A DNA stretch of 56,515 nt, the filler included, from Sphacelaria rigidula (Eukaryota): NCBI GenBank assembly GCA_964200075.2. It is 5 parts of 5 records of this genome, joined end to end, with 100 filler letters (N's around TTAATTAATTAA, not from the genome) between each part and the next. Parts side by side here need not be neighbours in the genome. Positions count along the whole stretch, not along the records: positions 1 to 11,223 come from CAXNAA020005210.1; positions 11,324 to 22,546 come from CAXNAA020005211.1; 3 more parts are not named here. One strand, written 5' to 3'. The position numbers and the translations under genes are program-made. Position 1 is the stretch's first letter. The number at the start of each line of letters is the position of its first letter. Of the stretch, positions 1-12,602 are shown in pieces. Under the pieces are notes generated by a model. The model made no database searches, was not told where the DNA came from, and was given only the letters and a program-made list of their open reading frames with translations.

Positions 1-1097
1 TGTTTTTTCAAAAGTTCTCGTTTTTCGGAAATTATTCCGAAAAAACGAGAGTGTTTTCTGTCACAGAAATCTAATGCCGAATCTGGAATAGCCTGACACA
101 ACAACCAATTTAAAAATGGGAAAAATATTCCGAACTCACGAGCGTGAGGTATACTCTGTAACGAGACGTCCACGAAATCGATTCCTGATTTTAGTGTGCA
201 AGTTTCTCCGCACCCGCCCCGGGAGGTGACTGCTCGGGCCAATGCCAATGCTAGGGGCCCGGTTAGCGGATTCGTGCTTCACTTTGTGCGGGGGTACACA
301 AGCGTTCGCGGTGGTCCTGCAATATTTCCGGCGGGCATGAACATTTCGAGAGAGGATCTGTGTTGACGAGGGCGTAGTAAGGCAAGAATACCGTGACCCT
401 CGAAAAAGACGGATGTGAGCGGGGCGCAGCCGTCCCGTGCGGCTTGTATATATATATAGCATTTGAAGCCACACCATAAAGGCGACGTCTAGCTCTGGCG
501 CGTAGCTATCATCTCGAATTCTAGCTCATGTAACGTCCCCGTCGACGAAAAGACTAAGCGCAGGCCACATCGCATGGATGATATCGACTTCGTTGTAAAA
601 TACTCTCAGCGTTCTTGGCCCAAAAAGAGAAGCACCACCGGTATCCATCTTGGACACTCGGCATCCCCCTTCTGAAACGTGTCGAAGCAACCCGTCCAAC
701 TCACTAGGCCCGGGAGTTTGAAATAGAGTGCACCCGACATATATCCAAGCCGGAACGACAAGATGTCAAGCCGGTGTGCAAATAAATCAAGCATCACGAC
801 GGACGGCACATTGTTTCTAGTCCCGATCAATTCCCATCATGTGCCCGTCGTCGAAAACATTTGTGCCAAATTTCCTTGACATGTCAACAAAACACGTCTC
901 AGCGAGGTGATGCGTAGCGCCCACTGACATGTGTCGGGTGATATTCTTTTTTGGGACCCAGAACGGTCACCAAGTGTCGAGAAACCAAGAACTTAAAACT
1001 AGAACAAGTCAAATCCGCAGAGGTTGTAGCCTCAATGTGACAAGTGTTTTTGCAGGGTATCGCACTGTTTCATACTCTGGATAATGACGATAGATGA

Positions 1098-1193
1098 CGT
1101 TGTCAAAAAATGTACTGCGTACAGTATGGAATCCGTTGTCTACTGCAGTAGGCGCAAAAGTCGATACTGTACGCAGTACGTTTTTTGACAGCG
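1098..1193. repeat. ~96-bp near-perfect hairpin (small palindromic element or pre-miRNA-like fold)
   Basis: TGTCAAAAAATGTACTGCGTACAGTAT (1101-1127) pairs with ATACTGTACGCAGTACGTTTTTTGACA (1164-1190) with 1 mismatch; the loop contains the palindrome CTACTGCAGTAG. Confidence 0.8.
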
Positions 1194-4100
1194 CAAACGC
1201 TCGTCCAGGTTGTGTGTGCACAATGTTTGTCATGGCGACGCGTACGATCCGGGTCTTACACGCCTTGTGAAAAGTGCGTTTCTTCTTTCCGCCACATCTT
1301 CAACCCCTTCCTTTCCTCGGGACCCGTCGACTCCAAGAAGCAGTCCACCTCTCCCCAGAGACACATCGTTGCTCCGTCTTGGGAAGGTTGCCTGGTCAGT
1401 GGTCAAATGACTAAGGGACACACCGTTGGCGTCCGACTCGACGGCGGGTAGCGGAAGGGGTGTGGGTAGTATGACAGTACATCAACTCATCGCGCTTGTA
1501 ATGTGAGGCGTAACCGCAACTCATGTGCCTTTCCATGGTTCTGTACTGCAGTTCATCACTTTTGAAGCTTTCTTTGCTTGTGAATTTCTCCACCGTGTAT
1601 GAATGAACTGGCGTGAAACTTCGCACAGAGGTAGACCACAACAGACAACATATTCCCGAATCGGCGGCATCTCCGGGAGGTGCGCGAGACACACGGGAAA
1701 ATTTGGATTTTGGGCAATGTCATCGATACGCCCACAAAACAGATTCTCCGCGGCCCAGACTGCGTGAGATGACAGTTGATGCGTATATTCACACGAGGGT
1801 GCGCTCACTCCAACATCATGACCTGCTGGGCGGCTTCTGCGCCGGCAAACAAAGTTCGACCTGTATTGGGACACTGTGGATGGTGACAATCTGCGTGGAA
1901 CACACGTTGGTATTGCCTGTAGTGGTGGGGCCAATCCTCATTATATGATTGGCTCGCTCGATTTCATCCATCGGGAAGATTCGCGACACTTTCTGAAAAA
2001 AACATCCTGTATGTTTGGAACCCGATGAGCATCTCTAACTTTACTTCCTGTATTGATTTACAAGCGGTCGAACATCGCTTCGTCAATGCCGACGGAATTT
2101 GTTTTTCGCTTCTACGATTTCAAATTCGCTCGGACCCAAAACGCGCAAGGACCGACGAAGTTCGATCGAATTAGTTCCGCCGTGCCTTTCCGTTCGATCG
2201 TTTCCTTTCTCCTCAGTTGTTTTTCTTCTCACATCATGCACAACACCGGAGAGCGAATACAGTACGCCGTGGGCACACCAGTTTCGACTTCACGCTCGAC
2301 GAGGGAAAGGTACTGACCACTAATCCCTTCTCGCGGTAAAAAGGAGGCCAAGCACCAGAGAAGGAAGGCGGGGTGCTAAAAACAAAACGATGATTTAATA
2401 AACTCCTGAGCGGATCTTCCTCCTGTGCGACCGCAGCTGTTGCGCTCACATAATCCGATACTTTTGGAAAGTTGTCGACTTGGGTCCACAAGAGACGAGA
2501 TGACAACACACACATACACACACATAGGCAGTCCTGCGCCAAAACAAAATACACACACAGTTGTTTTGGAGCAGCAATGAGCTCTTTTCATCCATTCGCG
2601 CACTGTTGCAACGCCCAACCTCAGATCCAAACGCATCGACTTGTTGATGGTGGTTTGCATGACATGTGGCCGAAGTTTCAGCGCCTCGCCGTGACGACAG
2701 GCGCGCGTACGACCGTGCCTCCCCCGCTGAGCATCTCTACAGGCGATACCGGAATGAATTTTCTACGGATGTCCCTTGTCCAAAGGGTGTGCCAGTACTG
2801 ATGTATGTTTATCAGCACAGTACCCTCCCAGGTGATCATCTTGTGGAAGTGAGAGCACCATGTGCACATATTTCCTCCATCTCAAAAGTTACCGTACTTC
2901 AATTTGTACGGGCCCTCAACCGTGTACATCCTGTTTTTGGATTTCTTTGTTGTTGAAAGCTTCGGTGTTCTTCGAGTAAAATATTTTTTTTTCAGCCGGT
3001 GCTTGGACCATGCGGCCGAACGGCCGGAAACAAATAATTCGGTCCGAAAATGGCCATATTTTACGCCTTGGGCACGGGACTGCATGACGATCGCAATCTT
3101 CACCGCCATTGCATAGCGGCCACCAACCGATATCTCGGCGCCCTGTTTGCGAGGTGGGGGTGTGCTGGGGGGCGAGTCCATTGCTAGAATGGTGTAGTGG
3201 GCAGGTAGGGTACAAAATTTGGAAGCTTTTGAGACTTTTTCGAGAATTCTCTGACACACTATCGAAAAACATTTTCAAAAATATTTCCAAATTAAGCCAA
3301 AGAGGGTATAGTTTAACCCATTTTCGGTTAAGGACTAGAACCTCGCTTGTTTGTTTCTTCTCTCTGGCTTTGTCTTCGTTTCATGTTCTTCACGAATCTG
3401 GCTAAACGACCCTCACCAAACACGGTTGTACCCAGACAACGTATATCCCGTGGGTACCCTAACTAATGAGAAAGAGCAAGTATGCCTTCACTTACAGTCA
3501 TGCCCGTGAATGGGGGCCTTAGCGACCAAAACTCCGTGAGCAACACAGAAAAATGAATGCGGGGGGATATTGAAGACGTCGCAGACTGGTCGGACCTGTG
3601 CCGAACTTCTGCCGAACACAACACACGCTTCATCCCAAGTTACCTAGGTTTAGTATGCGACAGCTGTAATTTTTTCGTCGCAAATTTCTCCAGACAGGAG
3701 GCAAACCGGACTTGCCTGTGGCACTTCACAGCCCCCCGCACACCCACTACACCTTCTCAGTGTAGCGATGGAGTTGCTCAATTCACCACAGCGGATCCGA
3801 AAAGCCCAGAACGCTGGAGGAAACGCGTTTTTTAGCAGATTTTGTGGTTGGTGCAGCGGTTTGCAAAGTGCTGCGGACTCTGCGGCACGCGTTACGGAAA
3901 CCTGCTGCCACACTTCGTAGTTGTGGTGTGGTGTGGGGAGCGCACGCATCAAACAGCAGTCCAATCCTCTGTTTCGTTTCCGAGAAAAATGCGTTGAAAG
4001 ATAGGCACAACAACAACACGAGCAGCAACTTTTATCCTCCTGTTGTAGCAGCCCGGTGCACAGGTGTTCAGCAGCGTCAGTCACAGGTCAGTGGTAGGAT

Positions 4101-4276
4101 CTACAAGGAGCTGGGCCAGCTGAGAAGCAGCCGAACTTTGTCCACACAACAGCTCCTCCAGTTCCCCGAATGAACCCGATGTAAGCGTATCACTGTGAAG
4201 TGCAGACGAGACTGTCAACACACGGCACCGCCGCTGAGTGAAGAAAAAAAATGTTCTGAATAATACATGACTTTCA

Positions 4277-5130
4277 CCCTTTTGGGGCCGGACCCTCACC
4301 TACACAGGGTTGACCCTGCGTTAGTGGAATAATAAACACAAGTCTTCGGGCGACCTGCCCAATCACGGCGAGGCGAAACTTATCGACCAGACCCGAACGA
4401 CCAGGGCGGGGATTGTTGTCGAGTGTGATGTCACTGCAAACATTGTGGGGGGACCAAATCCGTGGCCCAGATAAACCTCCCCAGGTTTTTAAAGTGCAGG
4501 GTGGTCGCATCTTGGTTTTATGGTATTACTTGCACTTAGTATACCGTTCCCGAGTTTTTCCGGGAGTTTTCTTGGGTCGCCAGCCCATACTAAAACGCAG
4601 TAATTACACAAACACAGGGTCGAGTGAGAAAAACCGGGAAGGAGTGTACATGCTACAATGTGGTCATTTTCACGAGGCACTAAACCCATGTGGCTGGTGG
4701 TAAGATAAAAGGAACCACTCTCATGAATTCAGCTTTCCCTCTGCCGATGACTTGCAGTGTGCAGTCCACATGTATGTAGTAGGCGGGGATGGAGAAGCGG
4801 TACATAGGCAGTTGATCTCGGTGGCTGAGAATTGTCTAGGACGTGCAAGGGAGTATGCAACGGCAGCTGCTGCTGCAGTCGGGGGGGCGTATTGCACTGT
4901 ACTTGTACTCTACTACACTGCATGTATGCGCGCCGCAACGCTGATACACCATTCGAAGAGAATTCGCCGCATGCAACATTTGATAGATTGAGTGAAACTT
5001 TCGGTCTTCGTCATAACCCTGCGGTTACATACGCGGATTTCCACACGCCACTGTCTGTTTCGTGTACACGCCAGCCACGTCATTCCAAATCAGCACTATT
5101 GGTCGTCCTGGAGGCCGGGTCCCAAAAGGG
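4277..5130. mobile_element. piggyBac-like non-autonomous element (MITE), copy 1
   Basis: Terminal inverted repeats CCCTTTTGGGGCC / GGTCCCAAAAGGG, flanked by TTCA and TTAC (decayed TTAA); no transposase; homologous over most of its length to 5565-6587 in reverse orientation. Confidence 0.65.
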
Positions 5131-5142
5131 TTACTTACGGGC

Positions 5143-5222
5143 GAAAAAAAAAAAAAAATGTCGGGATTCGAATTCATGACCTCCATAATTGGAGTCTTTC
5201 ATCACTTGAACTACAGGGGTGC
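5143..5222 (-). mobile_element. degenerate tRNA-derived SINE-like head
   Basis: Minus strand has an A-box-like TAGTTCAAGTG and a B-box-like GAATTCGAATCC followed by a T run; no full cloverleaf. Confidence 0.35.
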
Positions 5223-5564
5223 AGCAGCGTCACGCAAAACGTTGCACGCACGGCTCAATTCGATGTCTCTTGAGCTGAAACTTCACGAAGACCCTCTGCA
5301 CCCAAGGAAATGATACATCACGGGAGCAGCTGGAGATTCTGGTTTTTCCCTTGACTCATGACTCTTGTTTTGGCTGAAATTTCAAATCCCCATATCTTCA
5401 TTTTCCTTTTCTTTTTTTCGTTGCTGCTCTCGTCATATTCTGCTGTCAAAGTTTCAGCGTCCAACTCCTAAGTTTACGCTGTGCGCCCCCTAAGGGAGAA
5501 AACTACCCACTGTTGGCTGGCCCAGCTCGTAATTAAACAGTGCATGGCATAAATCAGTCGTTAA

Positions 5565-6587
5565 CTCATTAGGGACGGGGCCTCCAGAACGATCAATGAC
5601 GCTGGTTTGGAATGATGAGTTCGGCGTCTACACGAAACAGAGGCGAATGGCGTGTTGCTGAAAATCCGCGTATGTAACCGCAGGGTTATGAGGGAGGACT
5701 AAAGTTTCGTCCAATCTACTTTCATGTGCAGAGTCCGCATTAGGTAATGTACAGCTGATGAAGCAAGCAGTATGGGTCGCGGTAGAGAGCTTTCAACAGC
5801 ATGCAGCGACCGGCGGGCCGCCCGCCACTTGTGGCTTTGGATGATATTGTTGTCCCCAATCACCTTGCCACACAGCCCTTTGTGGTCAGGGTGGGCCGCC
5901 AATTCCCTCCTCGTTATATGCGGCAAATTCTCTTCGAAGGGTATCAGCGTTGCGGCGCGCATTTGGGTGCAGTACGCCTTTCCGACTGCAGCAGCTGCTG
6001 CTGTTGCATACTCCCTTGCACGTTCTGGGTAGCTCTCAGCTACCGAGACCAACTGCCTATATGCCGCTTCTTCATCCCCGCCTACTACATACATGTGGAC
6101 TGGACACTGCAAGTCATCGGCAGAGGGATAAACAGATTTCATGACGGTAGCTCATTTTCTCCTTCTGCGGCCCACCTGGGTTTAGTGCCTCGTGAAAATG
6201 ACCACATTGTAGCGTGTACACTTCTTCCCGGTTTTTCCCACTCGACCCTGTGCTAATGTAATTACTGCGTTTCAGTATGGGCTGGCGACCCAAGAAAACT
6301 CCCGGAAAATCCCGGGACCGCCGTACTGAATGCAAGTACTACCATGAACCAAGCTGCGACTACCCTGGCTTTGGAAACCTGGAAAGGCTTGTCTGGGCCA
6401 CGGATAGGGCCCCTACACGATCTTCGCAGTAAGATCACACTCGTCGACAGTCCCCACGCTGGTCGTTCGGGTCTGGTCAATAAATTTCGCCTTGCCGTGA
6501 TTGGGCACGTCGCCCGGAGACTTATTTTCATAATTTCACTAGCACAGGGTCAACCCCGTGTCAGTGGGGCGTCGGTCCCAAAGGGGG
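5565..6587. mobile_element. piggyBac-like non-autonomous element (MITE), copy 2, inverted relative to copy 1
   Basis: TTAA|CTCATTAGGGAC ... GGTCCCAAAGGGGG|TTAG; reverse complement aligns with 4277-5130 (e.g. shared GGGTCGCCAGCCCATACT and AATGTGGTCATTTTCACGAGGCACTAAACC); carries extra internal sequence near 5720-5920. Confidence 0.65.
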
Positions 6588-7064
6588 TTAGGCGCAAAGA
6601 CAGCATAATGGCACCAGCACGCTTGGAGCAATAACACAGGGTAAATAGTCGACTTCGAAAACCCGGGGATAGGGTATTTTCATCCCTCGTATATCGCGGC
6701 CGTTACGGGTACGTTACGGGGATAACTCATTTCGGGTTATTACCCACAGGTTACACACTCCGCCCGCGGATAGGCGTACAAGAATACTGTTGGACATGCT
6801 AGTCGAGGTCAAACCATACAGGACTTATTATTTCAAAGTGTGTAGGATCTTCCTGTTGGAAAATCGCACAAGCCAATGAGATGGGAATGATCCGCCCAGT
6901 CGATCGGCAAAGAAGCGAATGGGCCGCCCGGTCGGCTGGGAAAAAGAAGCGCAGAAGGCCATCTACACACATGGCACGCACACCTCCCTGCTGCTTTGCA
7001 TCGTTCGTACGCTCTGATCATCTTTCATTTTGATCGTCAAAACTGTGACAACAATGCAACACAG

Positions 7065-7495
7065 ATGACCCACGCTGGCGGTGCCCGCCTGTATAGGTCG
7101 AGACAAAGCCAATCGAAAACGCACAGTAGTACAGTACAACAGTACAATGCTTTACATTTCAGTACGGTGTTGTCTTCTCTCGCCCACCCGTTGCGTTCGT
7201 CCCGTTTGTCTGTGGTTATCACCAAGGATCATATTGCACGAAACCCTTCGACACCGCAATCCCTTCCTGCTTCCAGTTCCGAAAAAAAGCCCCTGTGCTG
7301 CGGTGGGCGTTCATTTCTGGAGTAAAAATACGCCCATACAAACACAACTGACCCATTATGCGTCGGCTGCCGTCTGTGCAAGTAGGCAAAGCCGAAGTGC
7401 ACCGCACAGCACAGTACGACGCAGTACAGTACATTGTTGTTATCTTCTCTACGCCCCCCGCTGCATTCCTCCTTTTTTCTGTGGGTATCGTAGAG
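7065..7495 (+). repeat. diverged tandem direct repeat, ~275-bp period
   Basis: CAAAGCC...CGCACAG...AGTACA...TGTT.TCTTCTCT.CGCCC.CC...TCTGTGG.TATC occurs at about 7070-7220 and 7350-7490. Confidence 0.55.
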
Positions 7496-8497
7496 TATGA
7501 GATTACTCATCTGGAGAGCGTCACCTCTTCCCGCCCGCTCTAAAAGTGACGCTTGATCGCCAGGGCGGTGACTTGTCTTCATTTCTCAAGTCAAAATCTC
7601 TGGAGACGGTGGCCTCTTCCTACAATAACCGGCTCTACAGTTAAACTCTCCGACGTCCGATTGGGTCATCTGGGTTCTGCACGCATTTTCCAAGAGAAAA
7701 GTACGCCGATACAACATATGGCCGACGCTGGGGTGAGTGAAAGGTGAGTGACACTTGTCCGTGTATTTCGAGGTACAAGCTCAGGTGGCAGCGGACGGAG
7801 GCTGTAGAGGCTACGGCGAACATGGCGGTATCAATACAATCAACACCACAGACGAAGAGGGAATAATTCGGTCACCATGATATTGTCGGTTCCAGTACAC
7901 GCCATGTTCTTTACCTTGGGTTCCGTGTGCGGCTGTGCACACAAGCAACGACGCTTTCCTCAACAGAACATGTCTCATCATATTTGCACATGCGCACGCA
8001 CCGAACCAAAGTTACTCCGTGACCGATTCAGACCTGCCCCCCGATCCCCTTCTGGCCGTCATTATTTTTTGTATTTTTACTTGCATTTATTGAGGACGGT
8101 GCGTTGCTCAGGACACTCTATCGAGAAACAGATTTTATCCGGGCGGTTCTCCACAGTTCCGTGCGCGATTCGAGCGCCGATTGTTGCGCTGGGTGCTCAC
8201 AACTCCAATGCATCATACTGCAGCGGCCATTTCAGGGCACATCCCGCGGTCACACCAGCAAGTCGGATTTGTTTTTTTCAGGTTTAGAGGGTACGCCTTC
8301 AAAGCAGAAGGACAAAGGCCACTGCTATAGGGTGCGTGTGGATAGTCACCATCAGGATGTAGGGTGTGAACAGGGAAGGTATTGCCTGCGCCTGCGATCA
8401 ACCCGTCAACAGATTGGATTGTAAAAGCAAGTGTATATGGGCGTAGCATCCCAGGATAAAGAAGGGAAAGGGAACTTTTTGTCTGTAGTCATGATTT

Positions 8498-8768
8498 CCT
8501 CAAACAACCCATTCATTCTGTTTTGCCCAGATTAGCATGTAATATTCAAGGGCCTGCCTGTAGCACGTTAATTTTCGATCGAAAAAGTGCGGTGGGAAAC
8601 ATGAATCCCAATCTGATAGGCCATGATTTCAACCATCTTTAAAATTGACGACGATGGTTGAAACTACAACCTATCAGATTAGGATTTTTGTTTTCCACTA
8701 TTTCTCTCGAATAGCAATGTGCCAAGACAGGGTCTTCGACCGAAAGAATGAGGCGGTGGAATTGAGTC
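8498..8768. repeat. diverged foldback/inverted repeat
   Basis: Core arms GTGGGAAACATGAATCCCAATCTGATAGG...TTTCAACCATC and GATGGTTGAAA...CCTATCAGATTAGGATTTTTGTTTTCCAC (about 8592-8698, ~14-nt loop), with weaker pairing further out. Confidence 0.65.
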
Positions 8769-9290
8769 AAGCGAAAATTTCTCGTTTTGATGCAATTGAG
8801 TCCGGATGGATTTTCAAGCCTCGATCGAAAACAGACAGTGAAAGTCGTGAAACCTCTTCGACCTACTAGTAGCTATTGGTGCCTGCTACGCGATCTACCA
8901 TGTTCGTTTTCAATATTGACCTCTTGGGAACATACGTTTTAGAGCGTGTTGTACTTGTCTACATTTACCAGTGCGTCAACGATTCGATCCGTTTTTTTAC
9001 ATATCGTGTGGTTTTGTTTTTCATCCCCGTTTTCGAGAATCCACTGTTCTGTGGAGGGCTTCGCATCCTCTGTGCGCGTTTCTTTCTTCTGAAACGTCGT
9101 ATTCCTTGCCCGAACAGAGCGTTTCGGAGGGTAGCCGATTGGTAGCGTCTGTACCGGTGCTCCTTTCCCCCTGTTAATTTCATGTTGTTCGCGATCCTAA
9201 CAATTCCACATACTCTACGTTATGGGTAACGATTTGTGAGAGACGCAATACTTGTCAAGCGAAGTACTGTATCCCTGGGGTCGCTGTTAC

Positions 9291-10172
9291 ACATGGCGCG
9301 GATACGGTGTACTTGATGCATTTTTAGCTGTTCACAATGGTCCTAGCTCATAGGGACAGTTGTCCTGTCATTCTCTTATATTCTTCGTAACTCGTAGCAT
9401 ACCTCATCTCCCGAAATACATATCTCCTGTCTGTTATATGTGTTGTCATCAGATCTTCTTATACATCTCCATGCGTTTCGTTCGTTTCACCTCCTCGCTG
9501 AACATTCTCCTCGCCCACTCTTACTTTCACGCTCTTTTCCCATTCAGTACTTCGCTATTTCAAAATTTTCTCCTTCCTACTTACTATTTTCTCCCGTCTC
9601 CTACAGCAACCCTTCTATTGGCTGCGACGGAAACGACGGCGTCTTCGACCCCCAACAACGATGACGTGCGTGTCACCCGTGCGTCGGGTGTTGCGCCCCC
9701 TGGTGGACTCTGGAGTTTCCTCTACAAACGATCGGACCCATCGGACGAAGACGGACGGACAACGCCGTCTGTAGAGGAAACTCCAGAGTCCACCAGGGGC
9801 GCAACACCCGACGCACGGGTGACATGCACGTCATCGTTGTTGGGGGTCGAAGACGCCGTCGTTTCCGTCGAAGCCAATAGAAGGGTTGCCGTAGGAGACG
9901 GAAGGAAAAAGTAAGTAGGAAGGAGAAAAGAGCGTGAAAGTAAGAGTGGATGAGGAGAATGTTCAGCGAGAAGGTGAAACGAACGAAACGCATGGAGATG
10001 TAAAAGAATATCTTATAATACACATGGGACAGACAGGCGATATGTATTTCGGGAGATGAGGTATGCTACGAGTCACAAAAATTATAAAAGAATGACAGGA
10101 AAACTTCCCCTGTGAGCTAGGACCATTGTGAACGGCTAAAAATTTATAAACTACATCGTATCCGCGCCATGT
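9291..10172. repeat. ~880-bp long inverted repeat (hairpin) with ~35-nt loop
   Basis: Arms 9291-9730 and 9766-10172 are reverse complements; the inner ~120 bp differ at only ~3 positions, the outer parts are more diverged; the left arm has ~35 extra nt. Confidence 0.92.
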
Positions 10173-10342
10173 TTTTTCACCGTTTCATCTCGTGACGCCG
10201 CAAAAATTCCTTCCACTGTTTTCGACGATGCTGCCCACTTCCTACAGAAGAGGGCGGCACGCGGTGTCATCAGTCTAGAGCGAGGTGCAGAGAAGGGCAA
10301 CTTGCATGTGCAACAATATTTTCTGATAATAGGATTTTTAAG

Positions 10343-10528
10343 AGCACTTGTATCTTTCGAAACACCACCCACGAGATATGTGACAGTATGCCAGGATTAC
10401 TATATCAATGTGCCAGAGATATCCCGAATGGATTTGCAATCGAGAATGCTCTGGGCAACATTCTAGCGCAATCTATCATAGAATCGTTAGGAGCCCCTGA
10501 ATACAACAAGATTTCGTGCAAAAAGTGC
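10343..10528. repeat. highly diverged palindromic element
   Basis: GCACTT...CACGAGAT...ATGTGCCAGAG pairs loosely with CTCTGGGCAACATT...ATTTCGTG...AAGTGC. Confidence 0.35.
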
Positions 10529-10792
10529 AGCCCTACCGTAGAATCGCACAAGAGACGAGTGTAGACGGAAGCATTCGTGAAACCGTAGAGTCAAACGAGA
10601 AGGTCGATTGTAACGAGAGGAGATGAATGGAACATAAAAAAGAAAGGCAGAGAAGGCAACACTCACGAATCTTGGGAGAAGGCAGCACCTTACACCTCAT
10701 TACAGATAGCTGGCATGTGACCACGGAAGGCGTCTGCATCAGATGCCCAGTACGAATATACCGTGCAGATACCGGAAAGGTTTTTAATCTGA

Positions 10793-10793
<1 letters not shown>

Positions 10794-10831
<38 letters not shown>

Positions 10832-10832
10832 C
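10794..10832. repeat. (CAA)n microsatellite
   Basis: About 12 tandem ACA/CAA units. Confidence 0.9.
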
Positions 10833-11223
10833 TCTCATTTCATGTTATACTGTTCGGTCTATGAATAGAACAGTAGATAAATGCGCTTAGACCATGCATG
10901 TTTTGTCTATACCATCGATTCTGTCTGCGTGTACATCGGTCTACATGCACATCGACTCTGTTTACATGCTCTGCCCTGTTGCCGTGGAATTTTGCCTTTT
11001 ATCCCTTGATCGCGGGTCTGAAACGTGAGTCACGAGTGCAACACCGTTTTGACAGACGGGAACTGAGGGAATCATTACGAACGTAATACGTCAGAGCACC
11101 TTTCCTTGTCCACAAAATAAAATCCATCCAACCATCCATGCTCGATCAACCTTCAATTAATTCATTAACCCTTTTGGAACCGTTGATGGAAAACTGAGGA
11201 TTTACAACTGAGGTTTTTCCCAC

Positions 11224-11323
11224 NNNNNNNNNNNNNNNNNNNNNNNNNNNNNNNNNNNNNNNNNNNNTTAATTAATTAANNNNNNNNNNNNNNNNNNNNN
11301 NNNNNNNNNNNNNNNNNNNNNNN
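11224..11323. other. artificial contig linker N44-TTAATTAATTAA-N44
   Basis: 100-bp spacer with a six-frame stop motif; identical copies every 11,323 bp. Confidence 0.97.
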
Positions 11324-12544
11324 CTTTTATTTTTTTGCGGTGGAAAATGACAAATGCGTTGCGCTACTTTTTATATCTACATCCCCGAACCCCCCCCCCC
11401 CCCCCTACGGTCCACACGCCTCGAAAAAACAACACCTCCAACGAAACAGGTTCAAGAAGTAGGGTTTGATGTGGACCAAGAGTTGGAAGTTAACATCCCG
11501 GCGGCGGCGAGGGTAGCTAGCACGCGACACGTGGGGTGTCCGTTTGTGTTCAGCAAGGGAGGCGGCGAGTTGCGGCATGTCCCCGTCTTGCGACCCGAGG
11601 GAGGCTACTACGTCGCCACGGCGTGCAATATCCTTCTCCCGGCGGTTCCAAAAGGATTGTCGAGGCCGTGTGCGCATATCTGGGCCCCGTGCATTTTACG
11701 AGCGATATTATGCGGTGCGTCCGATGTTTTTTGTTGTGTTGTGTTGTCTTCTTTTCTTTTTTTTTTCTGGCAAGATTATTCTTGGGGCGGACGGAGGAGG
11801 GGGCGGGGCATTGCAGGCTGCATATGTGGTTGTCTGCTCTTTTGGCGATCTTTCCCTCCTGGATCGTACTATACATGGGGATATTTTGTGTGACAGACAG
11901 GTACATGGCACCCTACTGCGGCTATTCGACGGCAGGAGAGTAAGAGGAGATCGTGGCCTCTTCGTAAAAACCGAAGATATCGTCACGAGTTTCTCATGTT
12001 TCTTGTTGATTCATGCGCCTACTACCCTTCATGCACGAGGAAAAGGAGTCGAAACGCGTGACGGTGTGAAATAAGACTGAGGACATGCGATGGCTGGAAT
12101 TCATTCATGCAGATTGCGGCAAACGTGATCGTCAGCTCTGTCGTTTGTTTTCCGGGAGAAGCGATCAGAAGATTCGAGCCGTGCTATCAACATATTTTTT
12201 TCATCCCAACTCTAATGCCAACTGAGCTACCCTTACCGCCCCGCCCCCTAATCCCCGCCCCTTGCATCCCCATCTTCGTTTTACATCAGAGGGGTGGTGG
12301 CCGGCTAACCCGAATCTCCCAGGTGGCCCATATGGCGAGCGAGTCACTGTGGGAGTTCATGGGTTCGAGGGGGAGGTCATGAATGTTCCACCATTCTGCA
12401 ATCACCCCGGTGCTGAGTACGCGGGGGGAGACTGCAACTGTTGAGTATTCTGTATCACACGTGACCGTCCGCTCTTCTGGAAGGGAGGGATGCAGGACGG
12501 GACACGACAATGCAAGTAATCAGCTCTGTGGTAGATTCTGTAGT

Positions 12545-12602
12545 AGTGGTGGCGGTACTGGTGGTGGTGGTGGTGGTGGTGGTGGTGGTGGTGGTGGTGG
12601 GT
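12545..12602. repeat. (GGT)n microsatellite
   Basis: Tandem GGT units. Confidence 0.9.

Noticed and set aside
3557..4173. Cys/His-rich fragments (LVCDSCNFFV...HF) as a zinc-finger gene
   Set aside because: Interrupted by stops and frame changes, no identifiable family; left unannotated
9360..10023. ORFs 9360-9914 (+) and 9673-10023 (-) as genes
   Set aside because: Mirror-image products of the inverted repeat with no recognisable domain
11405..12420. Possible minus-strand exons (e.g. TGVIAEWWNIHDLPLEP...)
   Set aside because: Splice-like flanks exist but I could not build a consistent frame or recognise a product
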